A stretch of 61,088 bases of DNA, filler included, from Sphacelaria rigidula (GCA_964200075.2; 8 parts of 8 records of this genome joined end to end with filler, not necessarily neighbours in it), one strand, 5' to 3'. Positions 37,921-51,560 are shown, counted from the whole stretch's first letter. The notes: generated from the letters alone by a model not told the origin. Numbers and translations are program-made.

Positions 37921-38799
37921 CAATCGGGATAGAGCGGGCAGGGAGTAGAAGCGTATACGAACCACGCAAACCCCACCAGACTTCTCGTTTTTTGTCGGTG
38001 TTTATTGATCAATTTCTTGCAACAAAATCGAGAGAAAATTATCAAAACTATCTTTATTGATCGGTTTCTTGCAATAACAGCCAATCATCTATGTTGAGGA
38101 TGGTGCTTTTGATTGAGGATGAGAACCCGGAGGATTAAAATCTTNNNNNNNNNNNNNNNNNNNNNNNNNNNNNNNNNNNNNNNNNNNNTTAATTAATTAA
38201 NNNNNNNNNNNNNNNNNNNNNNNNNNNNNNNNNNNNNNNNNNNNGTGGGGGGGAGGGGGGGTGAAGGGGGGGGGGAAGGCCTGTGTGGGTTCTCATGATC
38301 TTGCATGCGATAGTCATATGACCTTTGACCTCGCATCCCTACAAAGCCGGGACGGAGCACGCCGGGGTTTCGCCGGACCCCGCTCGCAATCAACCACGAA
38401 GCGCGAAACGCCGTGATGCGTTCGGCGAGTCGCATGAAGAGTGAGCTGTGTCGAGCTAAGGTTGTTCGGTCCGAAGCGTACTGGTTATCTTGCATATTGC
38501 TGACAGCGTCGAACGAGCTGCTTCATTTTCTGGTAGCGCCACTCCCAGAGACAGTCATGGGTTACACACTGCCTCACGGGTGTCTCACCATTCCCACATT
38601 TCGTAGTATGGTAATCTCTTTTGCGCGGAACTGAGATTGGAGAGGAAGGGGGCGGGGGGCGTACTCATTTGTTGTTCGCATAAGTCAATTGGCCATTGGC
38701 AACGTACACGTTTCGAGAGGGAGCACTGCCCCCATTCCTAATAGAGGCACCTCTAAGATTTGGGGATTCACTACGGTTCTCCCAAACATTACACAATAA

Positions 38800-39460
38800 C
38801 CTTTTGTCATACCACATCCTCTTCCTGTTCGGCCGTCTGTGGCCACCATCTATTTCCTAGTATAGCGATTGTTATTTCGCAACAGTCTAATGTACCCAAT
38901 GCTTTCATATTACAGTACCTTTCTTTACTTGCCACACTTGCCCCTCTAACACGCCCCGCTCTTCATGACATAGTCAACATTCTACCACTCTTTGAGTTCT
39001 ACTCTCTATTGCTATGCCACAGGGGCAACTCTGTGCGTCTACTTCCTCCTCCACCCGACAACTGGAATACCTATTTCTTCTTTCTGGCAGGTCTAGGTCG
39101 CCCACACGAAATCACACTTCCAATTTTTTCTCGAGGTCCACCGGGCCGTGCAGACATGTGTTTTATCCCTATCCCCTCTCTCAGCCCCCCGTATGTCTTC
39201 CGGTGCTCTTCCTCCCTCACCTTTCCGTGTTCGTGCTTGTTTCCCCTTTGTTTTTATCATACCTCTCACGTTTGTCTTGTACCCCTCACACTCACCCATG
39301 GACACGATCTCGTCTTGGTTTTTCCCTCCTGTATCCTTCCCTACTTTCTCGACTACGCTATTCCACTTTACTCCAGCCTGCCCTTTCGTCACCCTCTCTT
39401 ATACGGCCCTACGAACGCTGGCAACCTCTCGTTTGGCATGTCTCTCACGTAATATTTTCA
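38800..39460 (-). mobile_element. Degenerate non-LTR retrotransposon (LINE), 3' end of ORF2
   Basis: Broken minus-strand frames: MPNERLPA..LHGPVD..FRVGDLDLPERRNRY..EEEVDAQSCPCGIAIESRT..C..TIAILGNRWWPQ, matching the Cys-containing C-terminus I recall from brown algal LINEs; stops and frameshifts present. Confidence 0.7.
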
Positions 39461-39881
39461 TTTCAAAGGGGGGGAATCCTCAATGCTGAGAAGATCAACC
39501 GTCCGCTATTGACCAATGCAGTGATACCGTGTCATGCCTCACGGTGTACATATTTCGTTGATTCTCTGTGTTCCGTCAGTCGTTTTCTGTCAAGTGTACG
39601 TGGATATTCAAGTACAATCTCCACATCGTCATGATCGCAAGTCCTGCAGTTCCTACATGATCAAGACAAAGCAGTCTCCAGTACAACCAGTAGTGTACTT
39701 ACTCACTGCCGTACAGGAACAGTAAGTTCTCAGAGTAGCTAAATACCCACCCTCGCCAAAAGTATCGCACCACCTTCAGTGGAGAGGAACGCGGTTTCGA
39801 GTCCTAACTGGTACCCTCTTAATTGTCGTGTTCTAGTTCCACTAGACGGGGCTCACTCCGCAGCAATAGTTATCGAAATGC

Positions 39882-40276
39882 TGTTGAATATAGTTCATCT
39901 ATGAACCGTAGCCAAGAGCATGAGCGAGTTAATCGCGGGGTATTGGGTTATTCTGGCGGAACTGTAGAGAACGTTTCTCGTGTTTCGAGAAAAGATACAT
40001 TTTTCCGAATTCCTTTATTTGGGGACTGTAGTTGAGATCTTTCTTTGACTGTAGATCTTGGATCGTGAGTAGTTGAGAACGGAGTTGTGCCCTACTCTCC
40101 CACTCGCCTCCCTCACCTCTCTTCACTCAATTCCTACGTGTGGAGAGTAATAATAAAGACTTCTAACACATCTTCATCTTCTTCCCAGTTACTGCACGAG
40201 GGCAGTACACTGTTTGAGCACACAGCACAGGGCTGTTGTTGCTGCGGCGTCATCTGCTGAACCGATCATTTGAACA
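39882..40276 (+). repeat. 5' LTR
   Basis: TGTTGAATATAG...CATTTGAACA; about 93% identical to 45093-45487 (about 29 substitutions by manual count). Confidence 0.95.
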
Positions 40277-40334
40277 CGTTAACGTATAGTTCGAACTAGG
40301 ATCGTTGCTCTAACATGCGGACCAAGGCGGTGTT

Positions 40335-43300
40335 GTGGAAGAACTGAGGGCGCTGATCGAGGCGCAGACAAGGACCTTGGAAGAAAGGCTGTCGCGCGTC
40401 GAGATTGCTCAGGAAAGCAGAGGCGGACGAAGCAGTTCCGCAAGTGAAGATCTAGCGTCAAATTCAGATTACGCTGCTGTGAGCAGAGAACGGGTAGGAT
40501 CTGCTCCCGGCCCCAGAGGTAGAGTCAACCCCGACAGCCTGCTGCAAGTTGTGGCTGGGAATGTAGGAGGTAGCACCTTTGCGTTAAGTCCTAGGGAAAT
40601 GACCAGTATCAAAACTGCTGTACCTAAGCTAGGAGGCAGTGTTGACTTTCCTCTATGGAAAAGGCGGTTTGAGGGTTTTGCCCTGTCGAATGACTGCATG
40701 CAAGCATTTACTACTACAGTAGATATGCCCATAGGTGATGCCTCTGTCAGTTCACAGTTTTTGATTGACCAGGGATTCAGTGAAACGAGCATAAGACGAG
40801 CGCGTATTGCTTGGACGTGTTTGGCAGAGAGTATCACAGACCGTGAACTGTAAAGTAGGGTATTTGACACGAATTCCACGAGTGCAGGATGGCGTTTTCT
40901 ATTGAACTTGTTCGTCCCGAAAACCCTCTCGGAGAAGTCAAAATGGAAACGGCTTTTCAACGAGTTACGGGTGGAGAAGAAGGAAGATCCGATGAACTTC
41001 TTTGCGCGCGTGGATAAGATTGTGGGCATATTGGCATCCTTAGGGGTAAATATGCCTGTAGAAGACGTGAACCTCAAAATAATTGAGGTACTTGCGAGCG
41101 ACCATGAGTACGAACAGCGTACTATTCTGTATAGAGATGACATTACCCGTGCGGAGATAGAGGCTATTGTACGTCAGAGATACTTACATGCGAAACAAGT
41201 GTCATCGTTGTTCGGAGCCAGGACACCGATTATACGAATGTAACGCACACGTTATTCCAGCCCCGAAGAAATCACAAGAGGGTTCCGGTAATATAGCATC
41301 ATGTTTGTCGATTGGTGTGGAATCAAGCATGGAGGGTGCAGTGGGAGAGCCAAAGAGTAGTGATGATGGCATCGAGAGGTGGCTGGCTGACAGTGGAGCC
41401 AGCTTCCACATGACTAAATCTGCAGAATTTCTTCGCGACGTGCGACCTTCAGATGATAAAGTGAAGATCGGTGATAATACCCTCATCGACGTTGAGTGTT
41501 ATGGGTCGTTGATTGTAATTTTCCCGAGCAAGGCTGGGGGAGTAACGTGAGGCTTGAAAATGTGGCATATGTACCTGATTTAGCCTCTAATTTATTCTCA
41601 CTGGTGGCTGCGCACACACGAGGTGTAGGGTTCGAAACTGATGATTCCGACAAGAGTGTGACCCTGCTGGATGAGCGTCTTAGGTTCTGGAATGATGGAT
41701 CTGGGTTCTCAACCTATGGTGGGAGGATCGAGCCTGAACACGAGTACATCCCCTCTTCCCCGGTAGTTCCAGAGTCTGTTGAGGATTCTGTACAACCTGA
41801 ACCCCCCGTTCCCCTGGCGTTCCCTGTGATAGCCTCTGATAGTGCTGACTCACGGGAGACTGCAGTAGACTTCAACGTTTTTCACTGCGTACACGGACAT
41901 GCAAACGAATTTCTACTAGGAGAGACGGTAAAATCGCTGGGTGTTGAGTTGTTGGGAGAATTGAAACCGTGTACTGGATGTTCGATGGCAAAGGGGTATA
42001 GGAGACGGATTGCGAGCAGTACTAAATCGCGTGCTTCACAAAAGCTAGGAAGAGTTTTTGTTGACCTTAGTGGTCCTAAGAGAACACCTTCATTGCTAGG
42101 AAAGAAGTACGTAATGATAGTGAAGGACGACTTCACTCGGTACGCATGGGTATACTTTCTCGAGCATACGTCTGACACCGGTGATGATTTCAAAACGTTT
42201 TTGACTGATGTACGTGCGGATGGTGTACCTTCAGAGGTGATTTTAGTCAGGTGTGATGATGGTGGAGAGTGGTTCGGAGGTGATTTTGCAGGAGTGTGTA
42301 AGCATTTCTGTATCAAGCAAGAGTTTACCAGCGCGAAGTGTCCGGAATTAAATGGCGTTACTGAGAGAGCTCTAGGTATCATCCAAAACGCCGCACTCGC
42401 CGCTTGCATCCAAGCCCCCATCCTCTTCCCACATGTCGAGTTGCCACCGTCGGAGAGCCTTTGGCCTGAGGCGATTTATTGGGCGTGCGACGCCCTGAAT
42501 CACACCGCGACACCATCTAATCCGGGTAAAAAGTCGGCGTACGAGATGTGGCACGGCAAGGCAGAACCCGCGTCACCACACCCGTTTCTTCGTCCCGGGT
42601 ATTGCGGCTGGGACCGACCGTCAAAATCATTCCCCAAGTGTGAAAGTAGCTTCTACCTCGGACTCGGCATCAACCACCCCCGCGATTCATTGCGGATGCT
42701 GACGCGGGCGAATAAAGTGGAGACAAGGGACGTCACCTGGGAGGCGCCGCCGGTCAAAGTGGTGCCGCCGGTACAGGTACAGCAAACAGCTTCGTTGGAG
42801 CTTGCAGAGACGTCGGAGCTGGGAGGGACGTCGCAATCGGGAGGGGCATCAGAGATGGGAGAGATTCCAGATCCGGGAGGGCTGGATAATTTTGATTCTG
42901 ATTCACTGACTCCATTACCGCTGCTGGGGAGAGGAATCCCCCATCAACGTCGAGTGGCGTTTCCAGGGACGGGCACAGACCGTGGTGGTGAAGGTGAGCG
43001 AGGTTCTCTTCGCGATGAAAACCAAACGCCCCCCGACAACACAACTGATCACTTGAGTATTCATTCGCCATCGGCGAGTAGTGAGCCGTCTGCCGACGAC
43101 AACCTCTCAGTCGAGACGAGTGACTCGTCTTCATCAACCGACAGTAATTCGACTCCAACGGCAGCGCGGACTGCAGCGCGGCAACTCGAGACAAATTTGG
43201 TGGGATATGGTAATGGTGAGGACCTTGGGCGGACGAGAGCGCAGACACGGGCGTCGAATCGAGAAGCATCTGGGCTTGTGGCCATGTTGGGGCCCGATGA

Positions 43301-44951
43301 AGGAGGCAAGATTATCTACGGCATGCTGGCAGTACAAGAGGTTACCCGTAAACCGGGCGAGCTCCCAAAATGTCTCGTCAAGGAAGCAGGGCCGGAGCCG
43401 TTGTCATACACCACCGCGTGTTCATCAAAATACTCGGATATATGGAAGGAGGCGATGAGGGTGGAGTTCGATGGGCCCATGGCTGCTGGGACGTTTGCGG
43501 ATGTGATTGATATTCTAGAGGGGAGCAACATTGTGGGGGCGAAATGGGTTTACAAGTGGAAACGTGATTCGCATGGTATGGTCGACCGGGCTAAGGCCCG
43601 ATGGTGCCTATGGGATATAGTCAAGTAGAGGGAGTAGACTACTTCGATACATTTGCTCCTACGGCATCTGCAACATCAAACAGGTTAGTAGCGGCTATGG
43701 CTTGGAAGTTGGACCGGGATTTGAGGCATCTGGATGTAGATTAAGCTTTTATTCAGTCGGAGTTGGACACAGTTATATACTTGCGCCTCCCCCCCCGGTT
43801 GTGGATCTGTATCTATAAAGGTGATACGTTTGAATAAGGCTTTATACCGCTTGAATCAGATTGGCCGTGCTCGGAATAAACTATTGTCCTCAACCCTGAT
43901 GGAGTGTGGTTTCGAACAATGCCTAGTAGATCCCTGTGTATTTCGACTAAGGGTTGCTGGTGACGTTGTGGCGATGATGGTTTTTCATGTAGACAACATC
44001 ATAATAGCAGCTACTGAGGAAGTGACTAAAGTGATAGTAGGTGCACTCAACCAGAGATTTCCGACTAAACACCTTGGAGAGGTGGAGTGGTACATGGGCA
44101 GCGAGTTTAAAAGGGACCGGGAGAGAGGTGTTTTGAAGATTTCCCAAACTCAATTCATTAAGAGTGTGCTAAATCATTCCGAAATTTCGAAGACCAGCCC
44201 CATTCCCGCAACGCCTTCTTTAGACCTCAGGTACGCGAGCGAGGAGGAAACCGTGGTGGATGTGCCGTTCCGTGAGATCGTGGGGAGCTTACTGTGGATA
44301 GCGAACCAGACGAGGTCCGATAGCGCGAATGCAGTTCGGGCAGTCGCTTGGGTTTCTCATGAACCCAGGCTTACTCACTATAAGGCGGCACAGAAGATTC
44401 TCCAGTATCTGAATGCCACATCGGACTTGGGTCTAGTTTTCAAGAAGAGTAGCGACCTGGAGTGTGTTCAGTTGGATTCTGATTTGGATACATATATTGA
44501 CGCAGACTACGCCCACAAGGCGGAGGACCGACGTTCGGTTTCTGATGTGGCTATTTGCTGTGGAGGTACACTAGTGTCCTGGTTCTCTAGGACGCAGAAG
44601 TGCGTCACCCTATCTACTACTGAGGCAGAATACGTGGCAATGGCAGACGGTGTCAAAGAGGCCCTGTACGTAAGGGGGATTTTGGAGTTCCTCATGCCCA
44701 GTGTAGGATCGAAGAGTATTGGCGTTTTCGAGGACAACAAGGGGGCGATAGACTTAGCTGAGAACCCCTTAAGCTCATCCAACAGTAAGCCCATCGACGT
44801 ACGGCACCATTTTCTCAGGGAGTTGGTTGCTAGCGGTGACATTTCTGTGAAGTATATACAGTCTGAAGAACAGCACGCAGATATTCTAACCAAGGCCATT
44901 GGTAAAGAGAATTTCGAAAAACATCGAGATTTTCTCCTAGGCAGGGTGTAG
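40335..44951 (+). pseudogene. copia gag-pol polyprotein, disrupted by stops and frameshifts
   Basis: CHRCSEPGHRLYEC knuckle; WLADSGASFHM protease; HCVHGH..CTGC and VFVDLSGP..DDFTRY..NGVTER integrase; KWVYKWK..RLNKALY..FHVDN RT; DADYA..STTEAEYVA..EDNKGAI..QHADILTKA RNase H. In-frame TAA at 40851 and several frameshifts. Confidence 0.95.
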
Positions 44952-45092
44952 AATTCAGCTTTCGATTTTGTGTCTTAGTGGACTCTTGTCATTTGAAATC
45001 AGGAATGATGGTAAGTAAATCAATCAAATATAGCAGCTTTCGATAACAAAGAAGTCATGCTTGGGCTTGTTAGTCGATAAAGCTAGAGAGGG

Positions 45093-45487
45093 TGTTGAAT
45101 ATAGTTCATCTACGAACCGTAGCCAAGAGCATGAACGGGTTAATTGCGGGGTATTGGATTATTCTGGCGGAACTGTAGAGAACGTTCCTTGTGTTTCGAT
45201 AAAAGATGCATTCTTCCGAATTCCTTTATTTGGGGACTGTACTTGAGATCGTTTCTTGACTGTAGATCTTGGATCGTGAGCAGTCGAGAACAGAGTAGTG
45301 CCCTACTCTCCCACTCGCCTCCCTCACCTCTCTTCACTCAATTCCTACGTGTGGAAAGTAATAATAAAGACTAATAACACATCTTCATCTTCTTCCCAGA
45401 GCCTGCACGAGGGCAGTACACTGTTTGAGCACACAGCACAGGGGTGTTGTTGCTGCGGCGTCATCTGATCTACCGATCATTTAAACA
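45093..45487 (+). repeat. 3' LTR
   Basis: TGTTGAATATAG...CATTTAAACA. Confidence 0.95.
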
Positions 45488-47969
45488 TCGACACTTGAAA
45501 GAGATGCGTCTTGCACGTCTTCTGCATGATCCTGCGGAAATGATTGATCGGGGGCAGCGGCGAAGGGTACGGGTGATCGCAAGAGTTACTGGGGCAGGTT
45601 ACAGCCGATAAATCGGGCGCTGCAGTACAGTTGGGCGAATTTCAACAACTTCAAATTAGAAACTGTCGCAAACAGGACGTCCTCTTGTCCCGTGTGGGGA
45701 TGATGCTTCCAAACGTATCCATTTACTTGGCACCACGCGAGGACGATACCGACACATTCAACACTAGGCGGGTAAAAAAAAAAAAAAAGACTNNNNNNNN
45801 NNNNNNNNNNNNNNNNNNNNNNNNNNNNNNNNNNNNTTAATTAATTAANNNNNNNNNNNNNNNNNNNNNNNNNNNNNNNNNNNNNNNNNNNNGCTGCGTG
45901 TACCTGGGTTGCAACGCTGAAAAAAAGCCTAGGGATTGACTGGGCACGAGTCGACTCATTATACTAAAACTAAGTAATTTCCAGACGAATCATTATTTGT
46001 CCTACCCTTGAAACGCACACACACAAATAGTAACCACTGGTATGATTTGCTCTAGACAGCCCTGAACACCCAGGGCGCAGGGTAGCTAGCGCCAAGGTGG
46101 CATTTTGACTTCTCGAACTCCGCTGTCACGTATTTCATGTTGTCGGAAAACGGATACAAGCGTTATCTTCGACTGGTTGTTTGGGGTAGCTCATGACCTG
46201 TCCGACGTGTGCAAAATTCACTGACGTCACTCCTTGCACCTCCCTCCCTCACACGAGGTTTGTCAGTCTCCGGTTGGAGGTTGCCTGCAGGGTTACAATG
46301 TTGTTTCTTTTCAACGTTATGGAGGCATTGTACTGAAATTATACTTCATCCGCGGTGTCAATTGAAGACGGTCATACTTCAAGACCTAAAATATGCTGAT
46401 ACTAAAGAGGGCGGACGTCCTTGGAAGAGGTCTCCACACCAGCACGGATACCTGACGCTACAGACCAGCTTTCGCGCGTTTGACAGTCGGATGGGAAAGG
46501 ATGCCCATCACTACGAATGCAGAAAGCATTTATCGCACGATATGTATCCGCGTAATTGTAAGTTGACGCTGTTTGTTCCTAGTGCCAGTACAACGAGTAC
46601 TATAGAACTGACTGTACGATGCGAGCCACGCCTCGACAGGGCTAGAATACCCGCGATCCATTCGTGCAAAAAAACAATTTGCAACTCGCACTCTGTTCTA
46701 TTATGGAACCAGGTGAAAACTCTGTACAAGGGTGATCACGCGCCTGCCAGAGAAAGGTAAATATCTTCAAGTGGGAGCACACTACGGAGGAATATCTGAT
46801 TGATTCTGATGGAAGAAAACTACAGAACTGCCCCTGTCATTTTCAGACCGTCACGGTAACGCCCAAGCTAGGTCTGGCACTATGAGGAAGGAGATGTTGC
46901 CCCCTGCCCGAGCAGGTCCACAGTGGTGCTTGACAGAAGACACCCATCTCCTTGGCTGCGTTGCGGGACCGCACCATGCTCGACACGACGTATAAAACTC
47001 GGGAGCATCTACCTCTAACATATGGAGAACTTAAACTAGCGGTTTTTCCGGCCTAGGTGCCAACCTCGACGAACAGGGGGGCAATGTAAACAACAAGGAT
47101 GGCAAGATCTACTCCTGTGTCCGCGCGGATTTCATGCCGTTACCCTCTAGAACTGTCATCAGAAATTGTTCTTGTTTTCGGAATCACGGCAGCATCGTGC
47201 ACAATCATCCTTTCAAGCCACACAGCGCGCAAAACGCCCTGGTTCATCGAAACTGCTGCGTCAACACCTACCTGCGGCTTCAGTCTACACATACGTCAAG
47301 TTTCAGTATCATCAGACACCTGGTGTACTGTGTTGGGGCGCCTGATCTCCAAAAATACCGCCTCCATAATATATTAAAAGGAATAACACTGGTTAGGGTA
47401 ATGGTTTACAGGAATGACCGATCGATTGTCAACTATCGCCTATTTCCGCCCTACTGGTGTAAAGTCAAGAGGTGAACCCGCCTCATCTGAGGGGGTCTGG
47501 CGCCCATGGAATGCTAATGCTACAGGCAAGGCGAAGACGGTGGTCATTTCGGAACAGTAATTTCGAACAGAGTCCGTTCACCTATATCCACAGATCGAAG
47601 GATAAGGATACAAAAACCCACCAATGTACGTGTATTCTTGGCTGCCTGCTTCAGTACCCATGCACGCACCGGCAATATGCGGTACACTTTTACTAGATAT
47701 GTCATGCAATATATTGCGTATTTAGTGTATGGTGTGAACCCGTACGATCTTCTGCTCTCCAAACATAATTGAAACCTAGGGACAATCCTCCTGCCCAGTA
47801 GGCTGACTGTATAAAACACAACCGGCTACGATAACACCAGCTATCCAACACCCGAGACTATACTGTCATGATACCGAAACAGAACTTAACAGGGTAATCT
47901 GCATAATCGAAGATCGGTCATTACAAAAACAGAAATCACACTGGGTTCTCAAAAGGTTTCTTTACACAA

Positions 47970-50900
47970 AAAGACTTTCCTGCAGAAGATGAAATTGATG
48001 GTCCAACGCCTGCACCCACGCAGTCGAATATCTGCACTCTGCGATGACGTGAATGGATGCCAGCACTCGAGTTCGACCTTCCAGAGGCAGTACTCCTACA
48101 CACCAAAAGTTCAGAATGGCGACCCTTAGACAGCGAGAGTAGGTCTTGTTTTGAACGAGCATGACCTTCACTTGAAAACGTATGAATGGTCCAATAAGAC
48201 TTCTCATATCCTCGCAGTCTGAGGGTTTAAAGACCTGCCTCGTCTTCTCTGTTCATCCAGTACAATAACAAACAGGACTTGTGAACTCATGCGGTACTGC
48301 AAGCTGAGTTTGAACCCTTTGAGCGGCAGACCTCTTTTCGGAACAATATTCACGGTTGACGCGCTCATGTGTTCTGTTCACGAGCAAGTGTGAGACAGGA
48401 ACGAAATACAGCGATAGCAGTCAGTGAGAGAATCGGGACTGGCCCTGACTCATGAATACACAGATCTTCGACCAAAGGAACTGTTCTTCACTTTTCTTCA
48501 TGCCGGAGTGTTTTACAGTACGGTACTTATTCTGTACAGACAGTGAAGTAAAGCTCGGTAGTGCACAATGAGATGGTTGATTTGATCGATCGATGGTCGC
48601 ACATTACACTCAACTGCCAAGATAATAAACACGTCACGCAACGTCATTAAACTACACAACAAAAAACACCGGTATTCAAGAACAGAATGAGGTAAAGACG
48701 TTTAGCTTCACGATCTACTCAATATTACTGCACCTTGAAGACGGTTGTGTTCTCCTTTATCAACTCATGTCCATGGTTTTGCCAAAAGCGGTGCGCCGCC
48801 TAACATCTGGCTATATTGACGTCATCATTGCGTGGATGGTAGGTAGCCCCCGCAAAAGCGAACGATAACATAGAGCCGGCACACCCCACCACTGTACTGT
48901 CTGTACAACAAGCATGTCTCGCATGGAAAAACAAACAAAACAAAACACACGAGCGTATTTTCGGCGCGGGCGGGTTGTGGTGCGCCGCGCATGAAAATGT
49001 TACGAAGGTTTCGTAAGTACAGCAGCACGTGCAGCCGGCCAAACGGGCGATGTCTTCCGCGAAACAAGACCCGTGCCTCTCGTATACCATCGCAGTGTTA
49101 CAAACGGGGGTATCATGAGTGTACTCCACTTGAAACGCATGTTACGCAGTATATCGACAACCGGCAGCGTACAGTACAGTAGAGTCCAAATGAACAGAAC
49201 TATTATACTACTCGGAGTAGAACAAATGAAACACATGGTGAACTGTCATGTGGTTCCTCCGAGCAGGAATCATAAAAGCAGAAGCGACATGGAGAATTAT
49301 CGACAGAAACGAAGAGTTGCACTACTGTCTACACTGTCTGTACTTCACAACTGTCCCTATCAAACATGTTTGCTCATGTCAACAGTTTGCTCATGTCAAC
49401 ATGGACTCCTCATGCTACCAGCGGCGACTATAATGAAATAATCGCGGTGGGACCGTCGAACAGAGGGCAACACACAGTACATGAAAACGAACTGAAGAAT
49501 CCATTGGTTACCTTGAGGTTGTACCGTATGAGACAGCTCAGCACATCCAAGCAACGCACGCGAAGGTGGCTCGCCCGAACCGCGCCCAATATCCCGGTCA
49601 CGTCCCCATGTACCCCCTTCAGAGTGTCACCCATTCCGCAAAGCGTTGCCAATTCCCTCGCGTAGAACGCAGTTGCGTTGCTGTGCTCTGGGCCCCAGCC
49701 AGCATCAAGCTCGAGCTCGGTGGGCGCTGTGTCGCAGGCCGCCATTTCCTCGAGAACATTGACAAGCGCCGCCAGATCTTGAGCCAAGTGCTCGCCTTCC
49801 TCTGTCCCTGATGATGAAGCTCTCGCTGCCCCCTCCATCGCAACCGCCGAATCCCCCGCACCCTCGCCGCACAATGCCGTTGCCTCACGCTTCTCATTGT
49901 TGCCTGCTGGCGTTCTACTACCTACCTGGTTCACTTTGCTGTTGCCCGATGCCAGCGGCCCGCCGCTACTATTTTTGCTGTCTTTGGCTCGGGAGGAAGG
50001 CGTAGGATCACTGCCTTTTTCACCTACGGAAAGATTTTCGGTTGGTCGCTCGGCAGAGCGTGCAGGTACGGCAGGATCAGCAGCACCTTCCGCTGGCACT
50101 GCCATGGCAGCATCTCCATCAACACAGTCATCATCGGAGTCGCTCCCATCCTCACCACGCTTGTTGCTATTACAACCGCCTGTGCTGCCACTAGCGAATC
50201 GATCAAAGTACCCTTCGAAACCCCCATGCTTGGCCGTCGCACTTACACCTCTGCCACTAATAACGCCGCCCCCTACATTTCCCCTCCTTCCTGCTGCGGA
50301 AGGCGCCTCCGCGTCAAGCGAACCGGCAGCCAGTCGGACCCGTTCAGCGGCAGATAGGATGGCCTGCAACCCCCCCAAGGCGCTCACCATGCCTTCCTCC
50401 GAACCACCACGGATGGGATCTGGTGTGTCAACGACGGTCATGTCGTGGGTGGCGAAGCGCACCCCCCGGCTTTTAGCCGCGGAGCGCGCACGCGACTCGG
50501 GCGTGGGCGCTGATGCGCGGCGGAGCGCCGATGATGGGGTGAAGGCCGCGGGGGAGAGAAAAGAACGGGCTCGCGGAGCAATTGGCGTGACCCCGGCTTC
50601 AGAAACCGGAAGAGAGGCATCGAGTATACTTGACGGAGAGCCTAGGGAGTCATTCGCGCGATGCCTGTGAGCGCGCGGGGATGTGGTAGAAGCGGTAGAG
50701 ACGGCCCGCCAGGGGCTGGGCTCTCGAGGGGGTGGGGGTGGCAGCAATGTCCGCGCGTCACCGTTACTACAGCAGTCTTCGACACCGTTCCGCTGGCTTT
50801 TGACATCACAACCCGTAAGAACCACCCTTTCTTCGCTGGCCGAAATGTAAGCAAGCAGGTTCATCAGTTCCGGATGCAACGCGCACGGCCAATGACTGAA

Positions 50901-51560
50901 ACGCGACGGCGCGTCGCCGCTCCATCTCCATCCCTGGGCTACTGAGCACGCTCCACCCCCGCGCCGTTGCAAGACTCTCAGGAGCGCCGCATGGAAAACG
51001 GGATCCGTCGCGGCAAGCGAAGGGCGGGCCTTGGGCGGCGGTACGATGATTTTTTTTGGTTGCTGGGCTGCGTGTGCCCAGCTAACGGAACGGCTGCTGT
51101 TGCCACCATCTGCCGGCTGTGTAGAGGACGGAGAGGGCCATTGATGCTTCGCAGTGATGGTGGTGTCCACCGGGCCAGAAAACTCACCGAACGGAGACGA
51201 CAATGAAGCGGTGGATGCTTCTGCGGGGCAAGGCGAAGCCGCCGCCTGACGGTTGAGTTTGCTCGGTGATTCCAATAAAGGAGGTGGGGGCATAGACGGC
51301 AGCGACGAATTTATGTTTTTTGCCGTTTTTTGTGAGGACAGCGATGATGGTGATGATGGGTGAGGCACCTGAACCGTCAGCAAGTCCCCGTTCTCACCCC
51401 GCCCGCGTTTGCCCGATACGGGGCTAGGTTCGTCCCGCGGACGCTTGGACAGGGCTTTCACCGCTGCGCCACCGCCACCACCGGCCGCCACGCCATGGCC
51501 GCCGCTAGCTTCAATGATTGCTGTAACATTCTTGGCTGTGGGCGAGTCTATGTCGGGCAT
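47970..51560 (-). CDS. Large protein, 5' part (exon 1 51560-49512; exon 2 from 48234 to about 47970, 3' end uncertain); disordered N-terminus then helical domain, possibly RIF1-like
   Basis: 683-codon exon ending at AAG|GTAACC, joined in phase to CAG|GTCTTT (VFKPSDCEDMRSLIGPFIRFQVKVMLVQNKTYSRCLRVAILNFWCVG); S/P/A/G-rich N-terminus with RSVSW and RGVRF motifs. Coding status is strong; the RIF1 assignment is tentative. Confidence 0.7.

Larger units (their letters stand above)
39882..45487 (+). mobile_element. Full-length degenerate Ty1/copia LTR retrotransposon (5606 bp)
   Basis: Two 395-bp TG...CA LTRs; domain order gag, zinc knuckle, protease, integrase, RT, RNase H; purine tract AGAGAGGG just before the 3' LTR. 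Confidence 0.97.

Noticed and set aside
38760-39634. 230-aa and 206-aa plus-strand ORFs
   Set aside because: Antisense shadows of the purine-rich LINE remnant.
49897-50670. 257-aa plus-strand ORF
   Set aside because: Antisense shadow of the large minus-strand exon.
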